Assembly: GCA_039096225.1 (NCBI GenBank)
Contig: JBBPEB010000003.1
Location: forward strand, 310,001 to 374,000
DNA: 64,000 nucleotides
Direction of reading: 5' to 3'
Source of the DNA: Blastocystis sp. Blastoise
Lineage: Eukaryota > Protista > Bigyra: Opalinata
The notes beneath the pieces are model-generated. The model did no database searches and was not told the origin of the DNA. It worked only from the letters and a program-made list of their open reading frames with translations. Positions 1-16,120 of this stretch are shown in pieces. How positions within the stretch are numbered: position 1 is the first letter of the stretch; each line of letters begins with the position of its first letter. Both the position numbers and the translations under genes were made by a program.

Positions 1-636
1 GATAATTATGATTTTCATAACTATTAATATTTTCTCTAGTCAATTATCCTCATTTTCTTTGAGTGTATACAGTATATTTATACTAATTACATCTCTCTTT
101 CTTCCTTCTCTTCCTTCTCTTCTCTTCTATCTCCCTCTTTCATTCCTCTTTGCAGTCTCCGTCAGCTATATACCTTCTTATTATCCTGTATATTTATTTA
201 TATTTATTATTCTATTTATTATTATTTTTTTATTATATTTGTTATTATATTATTTATTATATTTGTTATTATATTATTTATTATATTTGTTATATTTATT
301 ATATTTATTATAATTATATATTTATTATTATTATATTTATTTTATTAATTCTATTTGTTATATTTATTATTATTATTATTTATTATATTTATTATTATAT
401 ATTCCTTATAGAAATATTACAAAGTTTTGAGTTTATACGTAGTTCTCATTTCTATTCTCTGTTTCCTATTATATTATTTTCATAATATATATATGTGTAA
501 CGTATACTCAATAATAATGGGATATACACTTCTTATTGGTCCATTTATTCAGTATTACTTCCAGTTTGATAAGCAAGTCTATATGGGTCCGTGGATTATT
601 CCTCGCGTTCCTGTAGTATCGTATCATGAAGAATAA
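1..636 (+). CDS. PIGC: 3' end of PIG-C/GPI2-like GPI-GlcNAc transferase subunit (partial, spliced)
   Basis: Hydrophobic exons joined across an intron at about 188-410. C-terminus QYYFQFDKQVYMGPW resembles the PIG-C Q..K..I.GPW tail. Stop TAA at 634-636. Confidence 0.55.
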
Positions 637-1205
637 ACATATAAACAAGAAGAATCTTAAATATTGTATTTATCATAAACAATTACTCTCTATATATATA
701 TAGAATACACTTTCTATGAGTGTTTTTTATATATAATAATGATAACCATTTTATTTTATTATCTTATACATATATTTCTCTTTATATTAAACAATATATT
801 TTACAAACAATACATATTTATAACTTTTTTTTTCTATATTAATATCTTTATATAATTATTCTTGCACGTTCTTTAATATATTAGCATAATTTCTTTATTG
901 TTCTCATAGGATAACAAACAGGTTTTGTTGAATAATATATTTTTATTATTATTATTATAAATAATTGATCATTTCTACTATGATTTTTGTATTTTAATGT
1001 AGTATTAAAATATAGTATTGAGGAATATATATGTAATTAACATTTTTTTATTTACTACATATTAAGCATTGAATATATATATATTTAATTTTAAAAATAT
1101 ATTCCCAGAAATACATATGAGCAAAAGAAAAATAGTAATTTATCATAATATATAACTATAAAATGGGCTTAAAACATCGATAATAATATGATAGATCAAT
1201 AAAGA

Positions 1206-2812
1206 TTACTGATTATAATGTTTTAATGTATTTAAAGCCAACTCTTTTACTGCGGGATTTGAATCTTCTGCACATATACTTAAATACGTAATGATATTAA
1301 TATTTTCATTTTTATCCGTATTAATATTCAGTAATAATTCCAACAATTTACATGTATCCTTTATAGTAGAGTAGTTATATAATAATAGTAGTTATATAGT
1401 ATAGTGTATAATAGAATATAGTTGATGGAAATAATAAATAGTATATCATTAATTGAATATAATAAATAGTATATCATTAATTGAATTTAATGAATATAAA
1501 TGTATATAATAGCATATATTATAAAGAATAAAATAATAAATAATATATATATATATATCATTACAAGTCTTATATTAATGATTTTGTCCTTAGTAAGTAT
1601 AGAAAATGCAGGATAGAGAGTAGGTATAGTATTAGATATACGATCAAATGGAGAGGAATAGAGAGACAGAAGAGTCTATTATTTATATAATAAATAATAA
1701 ATAATAAATAATAAATAATAAATAATAAATAATAAATAATAAATAATAAATAATAAATAATAAATAATAAATAATAAATAATAAATAATAAATAATAAAT
1801 AATAAATAATAAATAATAAATAATAAATAATAAATAATAAATAATAAATAATAAATAATAAATAATAAATAATAAATAATAAATAATAAATAATAAATAA
1901 TAAATAATAAATAATAAATAATAAATAATAAATAATAAATAATAAATAATAAAATAATAAATAATAAATAATAAATAAAATAATAATAATATATACATTA
2001 ACCATAGTTCTTCGAACTTCTTTGTGTTTATGATTGGATAATAATGCTAACGATATAATCAGTTGTTCTTGAATCATGTGAATCTCTTCTTTCATTGTTA
2101 AATGGAGACAGTTCACAAATTGAAGTAATAAGACAGGACACTCAGGACAAGTGTCTTTTACATATATATGTACCATCTTTACTATGGTCTATATATATAT
2201 ACATAAATATGAATAAACCTTGATATATATCTATAAATAATAGATATTATTTATAATATATATAATAAATAATATAAATATACATCAAATTCTTTTAATA
2301 TTCCTTTTTTATTTATAGGTTCAATGTATATAGTTAAAACAGTTAAAGCCTAAATAAACATAACTAGCGTTCATTGTTAAAAAAGAAATTAAAAACATAC
2401 ACCAAGTTTGACTTCTTCTATTTCATTAGATGCTTTATCAATTAAATGTGTGAGTAATAGATGCATAAAAGAGTCACACATTTGCACTTTATCTTTATTT
2501 TCTTTAAGGGATTCATATGATTTTTCTTTAAATATATTTAAATCAGTAGTAAATCATATATAATATATAGATTCGAAATAAAACAAATTTTTGATTAAAA
2601 AAAAGTATACTTAATAAGGAACATGTGGATTCTCGACAAACATCATAGCTGTCCTCTATACCTAATTTTAGTAGTTGTTGATAGGAATTGCTTTTAATGC
2701 ATGTTTCATCCAAAGAATTTGTATCAAGAGAAGATTGTATTTTCAAAAGTGTTTCATTTCTCTTGAAATTATTTAACTTAGCATAGTCTTCAAGAATTTG
2801 ATCAAAATTCAT
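1206..2812 (-). CDS. Short HEAT-repeat protein resembling the N-terminal part of DNAAF5/HEATR2 (multi-exon)
   Basis: Exon peptides EDSYDVCRES, NEIEEVKL, IHMIQEQLIISLALLSNHKHKEVR and LSICAEDSNPAVKELAL recall successive DNAAF5 HEAT repeats (from memory of the family). ATG at 2812, stop at 1206-1208. Confidence 0.45.
1688..1975. repeat. (AATAAAT)n heptamer tandem array inside an intron
   Basis: Near-perfect 7-bp tandem repeat. It generates the spurious LLFIIYY ORFs. Confidence 0.95.
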
Positions 2813-2942
2813 TCTTCAATAACTCTTGTGATCACAAAAGTCTTCGTTTTTCTTATTGCATCATTTTCCAAGTTTCTTTTAAGAATTATAGAGAAATAAT
2901 TCTATTTTCCATTCTATTCTTTATTATTAATAATAGTTACAT

Positions 2943-3299
2943 ATGTCTCTTTCACCACAGAAAAAACAATTCCTTTCTTTATACAAACGTATTCTTAAAC
3001 TCCACAGTCAAGTTTTACCTTTTGAGATGAGAGCTATTGGTAATTCCTTTGTAAAAAAAGAATTCAAAAGATGTAAAGATGCAAAACCAGAATTTATGAG
3101 AAGTTTTCTATGTGAATGGGAAAAATACTATACACAAATCAAGAATAGTCCTGCAAACAAAGTTGGTAGAGATTTATCAGAAGAAGATAAAGACTTATTA
3201 GATGATGATCAAAAAGTTCAATTTGATAATTTAAAGAAAGAAACTAAAAATTTATTCCGTAAAGACGAACCTATAGATAAAGAAATTAAAGAGATATAA
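2943..3299 (+). CDS. SDHAF3: Succinate dehydrogenase assembly factor 3 (LYR family, ACN9/Sdh7)
   Basis: LYKRILKLH..LPFEMRAIGNSFVKKEFK..K...FL.EW..Y and GRDL...LDDDQ..Q match the family. Intronless ORF. Confidence 0.85.
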   Translation: MSLSPQKKQFLSLYKRILKLHSQVLPFEMRAIGNSFVKKEFKRCKDAKPEFMRSFLCEWEKYYTQIKNSPANKVGRDLSEEDKDLLDDDQKVQFDNLKKETKNLFRKDEPIDKEIKEI

Positions 3300-3614
3300 T
3301 TTCATTGATTATGAATATTTTCCATTATTATTGTGTTGTTTATATTAATATAGATTAAATATTAATATATTGTATTATATTAAGAAATAATTGAATACAC
3401 AACAAAACAAGGTTTATCATAAATAAAATACTGTATACTCCTAAAGTTGAATAGAGAATACAACAATTTATTGTAATTACAATATTTTTCTTTGCGTTTT
3501 CAAAAAAAAAAAAATTATTCAATGAATACAAAATAATTTCAGATATATATATATATAAATGAACATTTAAAAATTTGAATATATATAAGTATTCTATATA
3601 AAAGTATAAATAAT

Positions 3615-5436
<1,822 letters not shown>

Positions 5437-6340
5437 ATGTAATCAAGTATATATAGAGTCTTTACGTCTTCAAAAAAATGACATTTTTGTATTTGTAAAA
5501 AAAATGTGGATGAAAACATATTAATGATTATTTAGGTTTCTTAAATACGTTTTCGATTATTCCCATGGAAAGAAAATGTAGTCGTTGTCATGCATAAATA
5601 ATTCTTTCCATTCCAATGATTGGTACTTCCGTTGTTATAATGATTTCATTTGTTAATAGGAGATGCACTCAATTTTATCCAATAAATAGAATAGAAAACA
5701 TTATTCTCATTTTTTGTGATTTTATTTAATTTACTTTTATTAATCCATTTCTTTTATTATATTCATTTAATATATATAGAGGTGAGATCATTAACTATTC
5801 TATCATTGTTCAAAAAATATTTTTAGATACAGTTGTATTCAAATAATGTTTTCTCTTGTAATAGTTTTTTATTTTAATGATATTGTTAGCAGCAAATAAT
5901 TATCATTATTTTAATTAACATTAGATAAAAGATAGTATAATAAAAAATTTAAGATTCGTATTGTATAGAAAAAAAAAATCATTTATCCATCAAGGAAAAT
6001 GTGATATTTAAATTAAATTAATCTAACCTAAATTATAGAAGACTCATCGAGATTCAACGCAATAATAGTGATCAACGAAAAATTTACTAAAGATATATTT
6101 TTATGTAGAATCATCTTATAAGATCACTTCTAATTCTTTCTGATATGATATTCATAAAATCTAGTATATTATGATGATGATAAATGAGTAGCATCTTTAG
6201 AGACATGGTATTCACTATAGATAGAATAGCTTGTTGTAAGCTTTAAGCCTAGAGGAACATTTCCGTAAAAGTTATAAAATAACTATAAAACGTTTTGTTA
6301 TTCTAAAGCAAATATTAAAACAAAAACAAAAGAAATAAAA

Positions 6341-7456
6341 ATGCTGTCCTTCACGATTTCAAAGCCTTTACTTAGAGCAAATCATCTTTGTAGATTTGCC
6401 TCTTCATTCAGAGATCTTGGTGTTAGTGATAACATCATGAAGCGTCTTAACGAAAAGAAGTATCGTTTTCCTACACCCGTTCAGAAGGCAGTGATTCCGA
6501 TGTTGTTAGAAGGCGAAAAGGATGTTGTAATTAACTCCGAATCAGCTTCAGGTAAAACATTGGCTTATTTGTTACCATTAGTTCAAGCGAAGCAACAAAA
6601 TTCACGTAATTATTCAATTATTATGACTCCTAGACCAGAACTGAGTATTCAAATGAATACTATAATAAGAAGATTAGATCCTGATGTTACACTTGAAAAC
6701 TCAAATTCTTATTTTTTTACAAAATATATTCATAATGAAACTCCTAATTTTTTAATATCCACACCCGCCATGTTTTTAACTGTATATATATATATGTTTT
6801 TTATTGTGTTGTTGCTGTTTATATATGTTTTTATTTAATATTTTTATATTTTTATATTTTTTTTAAATATTTTTATATTTTAATTTAATATATTTATATT
6901 TTTATATTTTTGTTTCTAGCAATATTTGAAGTATTACAATAGTCGTCGTTTCCTTGAGAATAGTTATATAACTCCAAAGTATTTTGTTATTGATGAAGTC
7001 GATTGTGTATTAAACCAAGAGTACGGAGAAAACATGAAAACAGTTTTAAAATTATTACATAAAACATCACCCAATACTCAATTCATTTATTCTGGTGCCA
7101 CTATACCCACTAATGGTATATATTAGTATTATTATTTTATTTTATTATATTTATTATATATATTATTATATATATTATTATATATATTATTATATTTATT
7201 TTGTTTATTATATAATTATTATATTTCATTAAAAATTTTTATTACTATATTATATATGATCTCTTCTATATACATATAGGTGCTTCTACACCAGGTGGTT
7301 TTTTAACACAAGCATTTCCGTCATTAAAATGGTATCAATCCTCGTCAGTAAATACTATTCCTGGTCACGTGACTGTGGATTTCATGAACTTTGACGTCAC
7401 AAAATGTGGAGAAGAAGAAAAGAAATTAAAGTTACTTGTATGAATATATATATAAT

Positions 7457-7501
<45 letters not shown>

Positions 7502-8102
7502 TATTATTAGACTTTTATAGAGTATAATTATAATTCTTATCTATATATGTATATATATATATAGGAGTTAATAGTCCAGAATCATAGTCAGCCACCCGTA
7601 GTGTTCTTTAATAATACAGATACACTCGCTCGTATATATACATACCTTCTTAGTCAACGAATTAATTGTGCCTATATTAGTAGAGTATATATATATAACT
7701 TATTATACTTTATTTTTCTTTTATTTATATATAAAAATATATTTATATATAACTTATTATACTTTATTTTTTTTTATTTATATATAAAAATATATTTATA
7801 TATAACTTATGATCCTATATTTCTTCTTGTATTTATATATATAATTATATGTATATAAATACATTAATTCCATTAATATATCTATACTTATTCTATAATA
7901 GGATATTACAATATCCAATCGAGTTAATTTAGTTCATTTATTACAAAAGAATAAATTTGATTGTTTATTATCAACAGATATTTTATCTCGAGGAATTGAT
8001 ACACCCCTTTTAACAACTGAAATTCAATATGAATTCTCTAATGATGTTTCCAGTTTTATTAATCGCTGTGGTAGAGTCGGTCGTTCCAGTCAAGCTTCTC
8101 AT

Positions 8103-8167
<65 letters not shown>

Positions 8168-8401
8168 CATTACTATATAGTCTATTGTTTTGTGGATTAT
8201 AATCATCAAAAATTATCATCCTCTATTCAAGTATATATATGATTACAATTATATATATTATTATATATATTATTAATATAGGAAATAGGAGTTCATAATA
8301 ATTTATCATCTTTATATTCACATAATAGAATGTTAGCTCGAAAATTAAAGAAAGAATCATCATATCCATATAATTCCTATGATGATCAAATGTCCAAATA
8401 A
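6341..8401 (+). CDS. Mitochondrial-type DEAD-box RNA helicase (DDX28/MRH4-like), multi-exon
   Basis: Presequence-like MLSFTISKPLLRANHLCRF. Q motif PTPVQ, then SGKT, DEVD, SGAT, STDILSRGID, NRCGRVGR. Spliced terminal exon ends with TAA at 8399-8401. Confidence 0.75.
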
Positions 8402-8655
8402 TTAATTATATCTAAATATATATATTTATTATGTGTGTTATATTAATATTATACAAAATAAAAAATTTATCTTTTGTTTATTTTAGAGACAAGTTGTATT
8501 TCAAAACAAAAGAATATACATATAAACAAAACAAAAAATATAATTGAGAAATATTTAAGAACACACATATAGCAAAATAAACCCCATAATGTTTGTTATG
8601 TTATCTTACATAGAGTTGCAGGCAACAGCATTAAAAATTAACTAGGAAACAACAT

Positions 8656-10779
8656 TTAATCGACTTCTTCCATATCACCATCTTCTTCTTCATTAGCTTC
8701 TTCAAGAGGAGGAACTTCTTCTTCGTTAGTTTCAATTTCAGGTTCATCATCAACAGATAAACCTAATTTAATAAGTTTATGAATTCTATTAGCGAATTCA
8801 GAAGGATCTTCAAGAGAGAAACCAGAAGAAAGAAGAGCAGTTTCATATAATAACCATACTAAATCCTTAACAGTAGGATCACTCTTATTTTGTTCAACTT
8901 TTTCTCTAAGAGATTTAACAATAGAATGAGTAGGATTAATTTCCATAGTCTTCTTAGAAGACATCATACCAAAAGAACTATTTCTTAAAGCTTGAGCTTT
9001 CATGATTCTTTCCATATTAGCAGACCAACCATATTCACCAGTAACTAAACAACAAGGAGAATCAGCTAATCTGTTAGAAACAGTGACTTTTTCAATCTTA
9101 TCACCAAGTAATTCTTTAATAGTATCACAAAGAGTAGTACAAGCTTTCTTTTCTTCTTCAAAAGATTTCTTTTCATCTTCAGTTTCTTCTAAATCAAGAT
9201 TTTCCTTAGTAGCACAAATAAGATTCTTTTCATTATAAGTCTTAAGAGTAGTAATACAATATTCATCAATAGGATCAACAAGATAAAGAACTTCATAACC
9301 TCTCTTCTTTAATTGTTCAAGGAAAGGAGAATTCTTAACAGCTTCAAGAGATTCACCAGTTACATAATAAATACCTTTTTGACCTTCTTTCATTCTTTCA
9401 ATATATTCATCAAAACTAACAAATTCATCACCACTCTTAGAAGATTGATAACGAAGTAATTTAGCAAGACGTTCACGATTAGCAGAATCTTCATGAACAC
9501 CAAATTTAAGATTCTTAGCAAATTGTTCATAGAATTTCATATACTTTTCTTTATCTTCAGCAAGATTTTCAAACATACCAATACACTTCTTAACAATATT
9601 CTTTTGAATAACATTAAGAATCTTATTTTGTTGAAGAACTTCTCTAGAAATATTAAGAGGAAGATCATCAGAATCAACTACACCACGAATAAAGGAAAGA
9701 TATTCAGGAATTAATTCTTCACAATCATCCATAATAAATACACGTCTAACGTATAATTTAATGTTATTACGCTTCTTCTTAGATTCAAACATATCAAAAG
9801 GAGCTCTCTTAGGAACATAAAGAAGAGCACGGAATTCAAGTTGACCTTCAACAGCAAAATGTTCATGAGCTAAAGCATCATCCCAATCATTAGAAATATT
9901 CTTATAAAAAGCATTATATTCTTCTTCAGTAACTTCATCCTTAGGTCTCATCCAAATAGGTTTTTGTTTATTTAATTCTTCCCATTCATGAGTAACCTTC
10001 TTCACTTTCTTTGTTTTCTTTTCATCTTCTTTTTCATCTTTCTTTTCTTCTTCATCATCCTTAACTTCTTCCATCTTAGGTTCTTCTTCTTCTTCATCTT
10101 CTTTCTTATCTTCTTCTTCTTCTTCTACAGGAACTTCTTCTTCAACAGTCTTTTCTACCCAAAGTTTAATAGGGAAAGCAATAAATTCAGAATGTTTCTT
10201 AACTAATTCACGAATAGTCTTTTCTTCTAACATTTCTTCTTGATCAGGTTTTATATTAAGAATAATCTTAGTACCACGACCAAGAGGTTCATCTTCACTA
10301 GGACGAATAGTAAAAGAACCACCAGCAGCAGATTCCCAAACATATTGATCATCATCGTTACTCTTAGAAATAACAGTAACTTTATCAGCAACAAGATAAG
10401 CAGAATAGAAACCAACACCAAATTGACCAATCATAGAGACATCAGTAGTACCAGCTTGAAGAGCTTCCATAAAAGCTTTAGTACCAGAACGAGCAATTGT
10501 ACCAAGGTTATTAATTAAATCAGCCTTAGTCATACCAATACCAGTATCACGAATAGTAAGAGTCTTATTTGTCTTATCAGCAATGATCTCAATCATTAAT
10601 TCCTTACAAGAATCAAGCTTAGTAGGATCAGTAAGAGATTCATATCTAATCTTATCAAGAGCATCAGAAGCATTTGAAATTAATTCACGAAGGAATACTT
10701 CCTTATTCTTGTAAAATGTATTAATAATTAAACTCATTAATTGAGTAATATCAGCACTAAAAGCAAAAGTTTCAGCCAT
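8656..10779 (-). CDS. HSP90: Cytosolic heat shock protein 90
   Basis: Intronless 707 aa ORF with [37 protein letters not shown] and terminal MEEVD. Confidence 0.99.
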   Translation of the reverse strand: MAETFAFSADITQLMSLIINTFYKNKEVFLRELISNASDALDKIRYESLTDPTKLDSCKELMIEIIADKTNKTLTIRDTGIGMTKADLINNLGTIARSGTKAFMEALQAGTTDVSMIGQFGVGFYSAYLVADKVTVISKSNDDDQYVWESAAGGSFTIRPSEDEPLGRGTKIILNIKPDQEEMLEEKTIRELVKKHSEFIAFPIKLWVEKTVEEEVPVEEEEEDKKEDEEEEEPKMEEVKDDEEEKKDEKEDEKKTKKVKKVTHEWEELNKQKPIWMRPKDEVTEEEYNAFYKNISNDWDDALAHEHFAVEGQLEFRALLYVPKRAPFDMFESKKKRNNIKLYVRRVFIMDDCEELIPEYLSFIRGVVDSDDLPLNISREVLQQNKILNVIQKNIVKKCIGMFENLAEDKEKYMKFYEQFAKNLKFGVHEDSANRERLAKLLRYQSSKSGDEFVSFDEYIERMKEGQKGIYYVTGESLEAVKNSPFLEQLKKRGYEVLYLVDPIDEYCITTLKTYNEKNLICATKENLDLEETEDEKKSFEEEKKACTTLCDTIKELLGDKIEKVTVSNRLADSPCCLVTGEYGWSANMERIMKAQALRNSSFGMMSSKKTMEINPTHSIVKSLREKVEQNKSDPTVKDLVWLLYETALLSSGFSLEDPSEFANRIHKLIKLGLSVDDEPEIETNEEEVPPLEEANEEEDGDMEEVD

Positions 10780-10874
10780 GTTACTTCTTTTTTCTTAAAA
10801 TATATAATAAAAACAAAAAAATATGAAAAATTATCTTTAGATGAACATGCTAAGTCTTTCCATTTGTATCATTT

Positions 10875-11083
10875 AGCAACTTCTAGAACTATATCAGAAT
10901 TATATTTTAGTAATTTATATGGTCCTTAATTTCGTATAAGAAATAGATATACTTAAAAAAGTGAATAGGGTTCTTTTATAAATTATAGGCCTTTATGTCA
11001 AACATGATCGATTTCTTCGTAGAAAACGATATAGAAAAAAGACAGTAATTTTGTAGTTTAGAACACTCAAGAAGTTCTAGAAT
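10875..11083. promoter_or_regulatory. Putative heat-shock elements upstream of HSP90
   Basis: aGCAa-cTTCt-aGAAc at 10875-10889 and gTTCt-aGAAt at 11074-11083 (inverted nGAAn pentamers), about 100 and 300 bp upstream of the ATG. Confidence 0.55.
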
Positions 11084-11674
11084 CATGAGACCTTTTACCA
11101 TATAGGAATGCAAGAACCGTGGTTATCTAATCAAAACAAAGCTCTTTGTTGGAAATTTTTATGGAATTAGAAAAGAAGCCAGATTCTTTTAAACACAAAT
11201 ACTGTTTTTAAATAATGGAAATCTTTTAAAAGCGTTTAACAATAAAAATAAATGAACGAAACGAATAGGATAAATAAGTTTATATGACTGAAGGGATAAT
11301 ATAATATCGAATAAAATAGACGAATATGGTGAACAAAAGGAAAAAGATATTGAAATTGAAAACAACGAAAACGAAGAATATATATAGATAGCAACCGATA
11401 GAAAGAACAGAAAGAAAGAAGTAAAATGAATTGCTTTCAAAATAATGAAAAGTAATAGATAAATCAAGAAATGAATGGAGAAAAACTACTCACAAAAAAA
11501 AATAAATAGTACTAAAAAATAATAATAAAGATAAATAAAATAACATAAATATATTAAATTAGGTATTTCTTGAAATATCAATAAAGAAAAATCGGTATAT
11601 TTGAAGTATGGAGAGTTTTACATATATAAGCACATAAAAATAAGTAAATTGTTGTACATATTATCTATTTATAA

Positions 11675-12181
11675 TTATATGTTATATGATTTATCATTAT
11701 ATTCTTCAAAGTCAATAGGAATAGTTTCAAGACCTAATTTATTTAATAACTTTACAAAAAATCTACATCTTCCCTGACTATATATATATAATAAAATAAT
11801 TGTTTTTATTTAATAATTTGTATTTAAATAGAATAGAAGATAGATATATAATAGATATGTAAAATGAATATATATACCTATAAACAGGTTCTCTTAGTTT
11901 ATCTAATAATTCATCATTATTGATCACATCTCGAGATAATAAATACGGGTCCACTCTATATAGTATTGTTTATAGTATTGTTTATAGTATTATATATATT
12001 ATTGTATAGAGTATTATATATATTATTGTATATAGTATTGTATATGTTATTGTATATGTTATTGTATATATTATTGTATATAGTATTGTATATATTATTG
12101 TATATATTATTGTATATATTATAGTATATTGTATTGATTATAGTATTGATTTATATAATACATATACAATAGTCTATATAT

Positions 12182-12212
<31 letters not shown>

Positions 12213-12777
12213 CTCAATATGTAATGCTGTTAAAAGACTCATTCCTTTTCCATTCTTTGTTAAAACACCTGCTAAACTGTTCTCCGGACAAAGTAACTCC
12301 TTCTGACGCTTATAATGTAATATAGGAATATAACTATAATTAGGAACCTCGGTCACACTTGGAACAAAATAAGGTCCTCCTTTATAAAATGATGTACCCA
12401 CACGGTTTTGTTTCTATATATATATATATATTAATACATACATATATATATATATTAATAGATATATATAACTAAATATATATATACATGTATATCATCG
12501 AAGAATGAGAAATCTACCGAATAACTACCTCCATTGCTGGTATAACTAAACCCTATATATGTAATTATATATATTATAAGATTCATAATAAAAACAGAAT
12601 TAAAACTCATATTAGTTTTTATATGAATACAATAAAAGATATATAAAATGATTATATATATATATATATATTATATTACAGTATTAATGTTATTATTATT
12701 ATTATATATATATATACCTGAGAGAGCTGGTCCGACTGCTTTTCCGTGAAATAATCCAAGTTCACGATCATCAGCAA

Positions 12778-12843
<66 letters not shown>

Positions 12844-13238
12844 AATTATAATTTAATTATAATTATATTTAGTTTCTTAAGTATATATAATAGAGAAACA
12901 AAAATGAGTGAAATAAAACGAAATTTAATAGAGTCTACATATATATATACCTGAATATTTGTTCCCATACCAAACTCTACACGTTCTGTAGCAAAATAAC
13001 TATATATAGATATATATATATATAACTAATAAAAAGAAATAAAGATAGTTCTATAAATATTCTAAGTCTATTAATTATAATAGGTATTATATGTAATAAA
13101 CATCTAAAAACATTATATATATATACGCTCCTGCACATATTCCTACGAATCTCCCTCCTTCTTCGACCCACTGTTTAATCCGTTTTATCGACCCATTCCC
13201 TCTACGGGTACTCAACTTTTGCTATATATATATATATA

Positions 13239-13276
<38 letters not shown>

Positions 13277-15124
13277 AATAGCATCAATATGTTTTCATAT
13301 AGAATACTACTAATAATTCTATATCTATAGATATACACAATAATAGCGGTCTGCCCCTCCCGGGAAAAGAACAAGCGCGGCATTGTCTTCCCAGTTCTTC
13401 TTCTGAAAATCATCGGCATTAATTAACTTGACATTATAACTATCATATATATATTAATGAGAATAATAAAATAATATATATATTCATAAAGAAAATTAAT
13501 AGTTATTTGAATAAATTAATTAATTAGATATATAATCAATGTATGAATACATAGAATTAAATATAATACAATATAATATAATAGTATATAATATGATATA
13601 ATACAATAGTATATACTATAATATAATATAATAATAATAATATGATATAATAATAATAATAATAATAATAATACCATGAGGGATCTGTGAACATTCGAAG
13701 ACTGTGCACAGCCATAAGTCGACTACTGACGCCTGCTCCGTCATCAGCATATACATATATATCTTTACGAGGGTCATTCTCACGGATATAATTGAAATGA
13801 ATTGTATTAGGCTCACTATTCCAAGACTCACTAGATACATCCATATTCGCTATATATATATATAATAATTAGAATAAAAAAATTCTATTCTTTATAAAAT
13901 AAAATATATATATATATAACATAGTTCACAGCTAACTTTAACATTTATTATCATTCAATAAATACAATAAATTATATAACATTATATATATATATATATA
14001 TACAGACATCCGGTGCTTTAAGACTACCATCGCTAGTATTACATAATTCATCCCAAATTGAATCATCGAATTCTTCTTCATCTTCTTCTTTTTCTGTTAA
14101 TTTCTGTAATGAACTCGCACGATCAGTTAATTCTTCTTCTGTTTTTGTTATCGGTACATCTGTTTCAAGGGGATGTTCATTCCATAATCCACATTGTGAC
14201 GCACGCTCCATCATATCTTCATTTAAATAGGTAACTGAACAATTTGGAAATGCAGACTCAATTCCAGATAATGATTCTGTTGAAGTATTCGCGGAATATA
14301 CGGGGATTGGAATCTATATATATAGATATATTTGTTATAAAAACATATAAAAAAATATAAAACATATATAAAACATATATAAAACATATATAAAACATAT
14401 ATAAAACATATAAAAACATATAAAAACATATAAAAACAATATAAAACAATATATATATAAAACAATAAATATACATATATAGAATTCCTTTACAACTTCA
14501 ATAAAAACATTATATATATATATATACATCTGTAAGAAAAGGAACTAATGGTTTAATAGCATTATAATAAGAACGTGGATTTTCAGGTTGTCCAGCAGCA
14601 ATTGTTGCATAACTAGTTCCTACCATCAAAACATTCGAAAGATTCTCACCCCAATTAGCCCATAATATATTATTGTAGATTTTCGCTGTTTCTGAAGGTA
14701 GATAAAACAATGTTTTTCGCAAAGCAAATCTTTTACCATCATAAGGATTCAAATGAGATTCAACACCTAACTCAGAAGCAATACCAACATCAACCTAAAA
14801 ACAATAAACACAATGATTTTTTTAATATAATATATATATACCTGACCCATAGTTCCGTCGTAAATATCAATGGCTCTAGGAATTCTGAGTTCTTCTCGTA
14901 ATGCAATTGCCGTAGCTAACTGATACTGCGAGAAACTAGAATCATTAACTGAGCCACAACCATATGCGGCGATACCATCAATATCTTTTATGAATGGATA
15001 CTAAAAAAATGATCAAAAAGAAGAAAATTATCAAACAAACATTTTTTATAGTAGCTACCAAGTTTTTGAAAAATGGAAGTACTTTAATTTCTTGCGCAAA
15101 CTTATAGATTTGAGTTGAAATCAT
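11675..15124 (-). CDS. SRR1-domain + BPL_N (biotin-protein-ligase N-terminal, GATase-like) fusion protein, about 12 exons
   Basis: SRR1-like: AYGCGS..SQYQLA, TLFYLP...YNNILWANW..L..V.MVGTS. BPL_N-like: IYVYADDGAG, LVLFPGGAD, FV/WVEEGG...GICAGA, RELGLFHGKAVGP, FYKGGPYF, HIE. Junctions at 14314-14527 and 13850-14003 keep frame. Confidence 0.75.
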
Positions 15125-16120
15125 ATCTAATAATCATATGTATAACACAAAGAATATAAAAAAGAAAAAGATTAAAATAGAGCAGTTATCAAAAAGTATA
15201 TGATGCTCATAGCGTTGTAGGGAATCACTGTCCAAAAAAAGTCCAGATTACACTGTATTTTTAGAGAAAAAGAGGGTTGAATATAATCGTGATTAGAGTT
15301 TTCTACATATTTCTAGAGAGAGAAAGTAATATAGATGATAACTAGTCTAATATCAAGTCCATAATACAGATAATCAAATCAAATTATCATTTATAAATAA
15401 AAGGTGGAATAATTCTCTTGAAAGAATACAATTTGATTACTCAAATGACTTTCGTGTTCTTCAATTTAGAATTCTAAAAGAACAGAGTGAGTTATGGAAA
15501 TAACCGCGATTGTCACAAGGATGATATTTCTATTTTAATAGTGAAGTATCCAATATATAAATGAATGTAGCTACAAAAGTTATGTTGTATGATGTAGTTT
15601 ATCAAATACGTAATGAAGAAGACATTGTTATTGAACTCGTCGCGTTTTTTTGTCGGAAAGCTATCTTTACTATTGATAAATATTATAATGTAGACTTATT
15701 AATGACTATTCTAGATACTTTCAACAAAAATAAAAGTATTTATTTGATAGATTATTGTCAGGATTACTATTTGTAAGCATAAAAAAGTATTTTGACTTTG
15801 ATAGCGTGTCGACCTATATAGTTTTTAATACAACCAAGATATTTATTCGATTATATATTTTTTTGAAGACTAAAAATAATTAGCACTACAATTTATAGGT
15901 TTATTTACAAAAAAAAAAAAAACTTTTTATAAAAGTATGTTGCGTGAATTCAGTGTAATTTTTTATTCTAATATATGCATATTCCTTACAGACTATTATA
16001 AGACTACTTTTAATTGAAATTGAGTTGTGAATTGGTATTCATGAGAACAAAAAACTATTATTTCTTTAATAAAAAGTGAAGAAAGATTGTAAGATATATT
16101 ATAAAACATTTTTTTATACC

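Noticed and set aside
1688-1975. Tandem array as CRISPR or telomeric repeat
   Set aside because: No spacers, eukaryotic context, AT-only unit, and it lies within a GT-AG intron.
1570-1998. ORFs rich in YIYIYI, LLFIIYY, poly-Ile or poly-Tyr throughout the ORF track
   Set aside because: They are translations of (TA)n, (ATT)n and heptamer repeats in introns, not proteins.
8645-8660. Blastocystis-type stop codons created by polyadenylation (TGTTGTTT lies just after the HSP90 stop)
   Set aside because: Every complete gene I could model has a genomic TAA or TGA, so no case can be shown without cDNA.
9002-10518. Plus-strand ORFs overlapping HSP90
   Set aside because: Antisense shadows produced by biased codon usage.
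15561-15776. 71-aa plus-strand ORF between the SRR1 fusion and the SDR gene
   Set aside because: No motif and no supportable exon chain.
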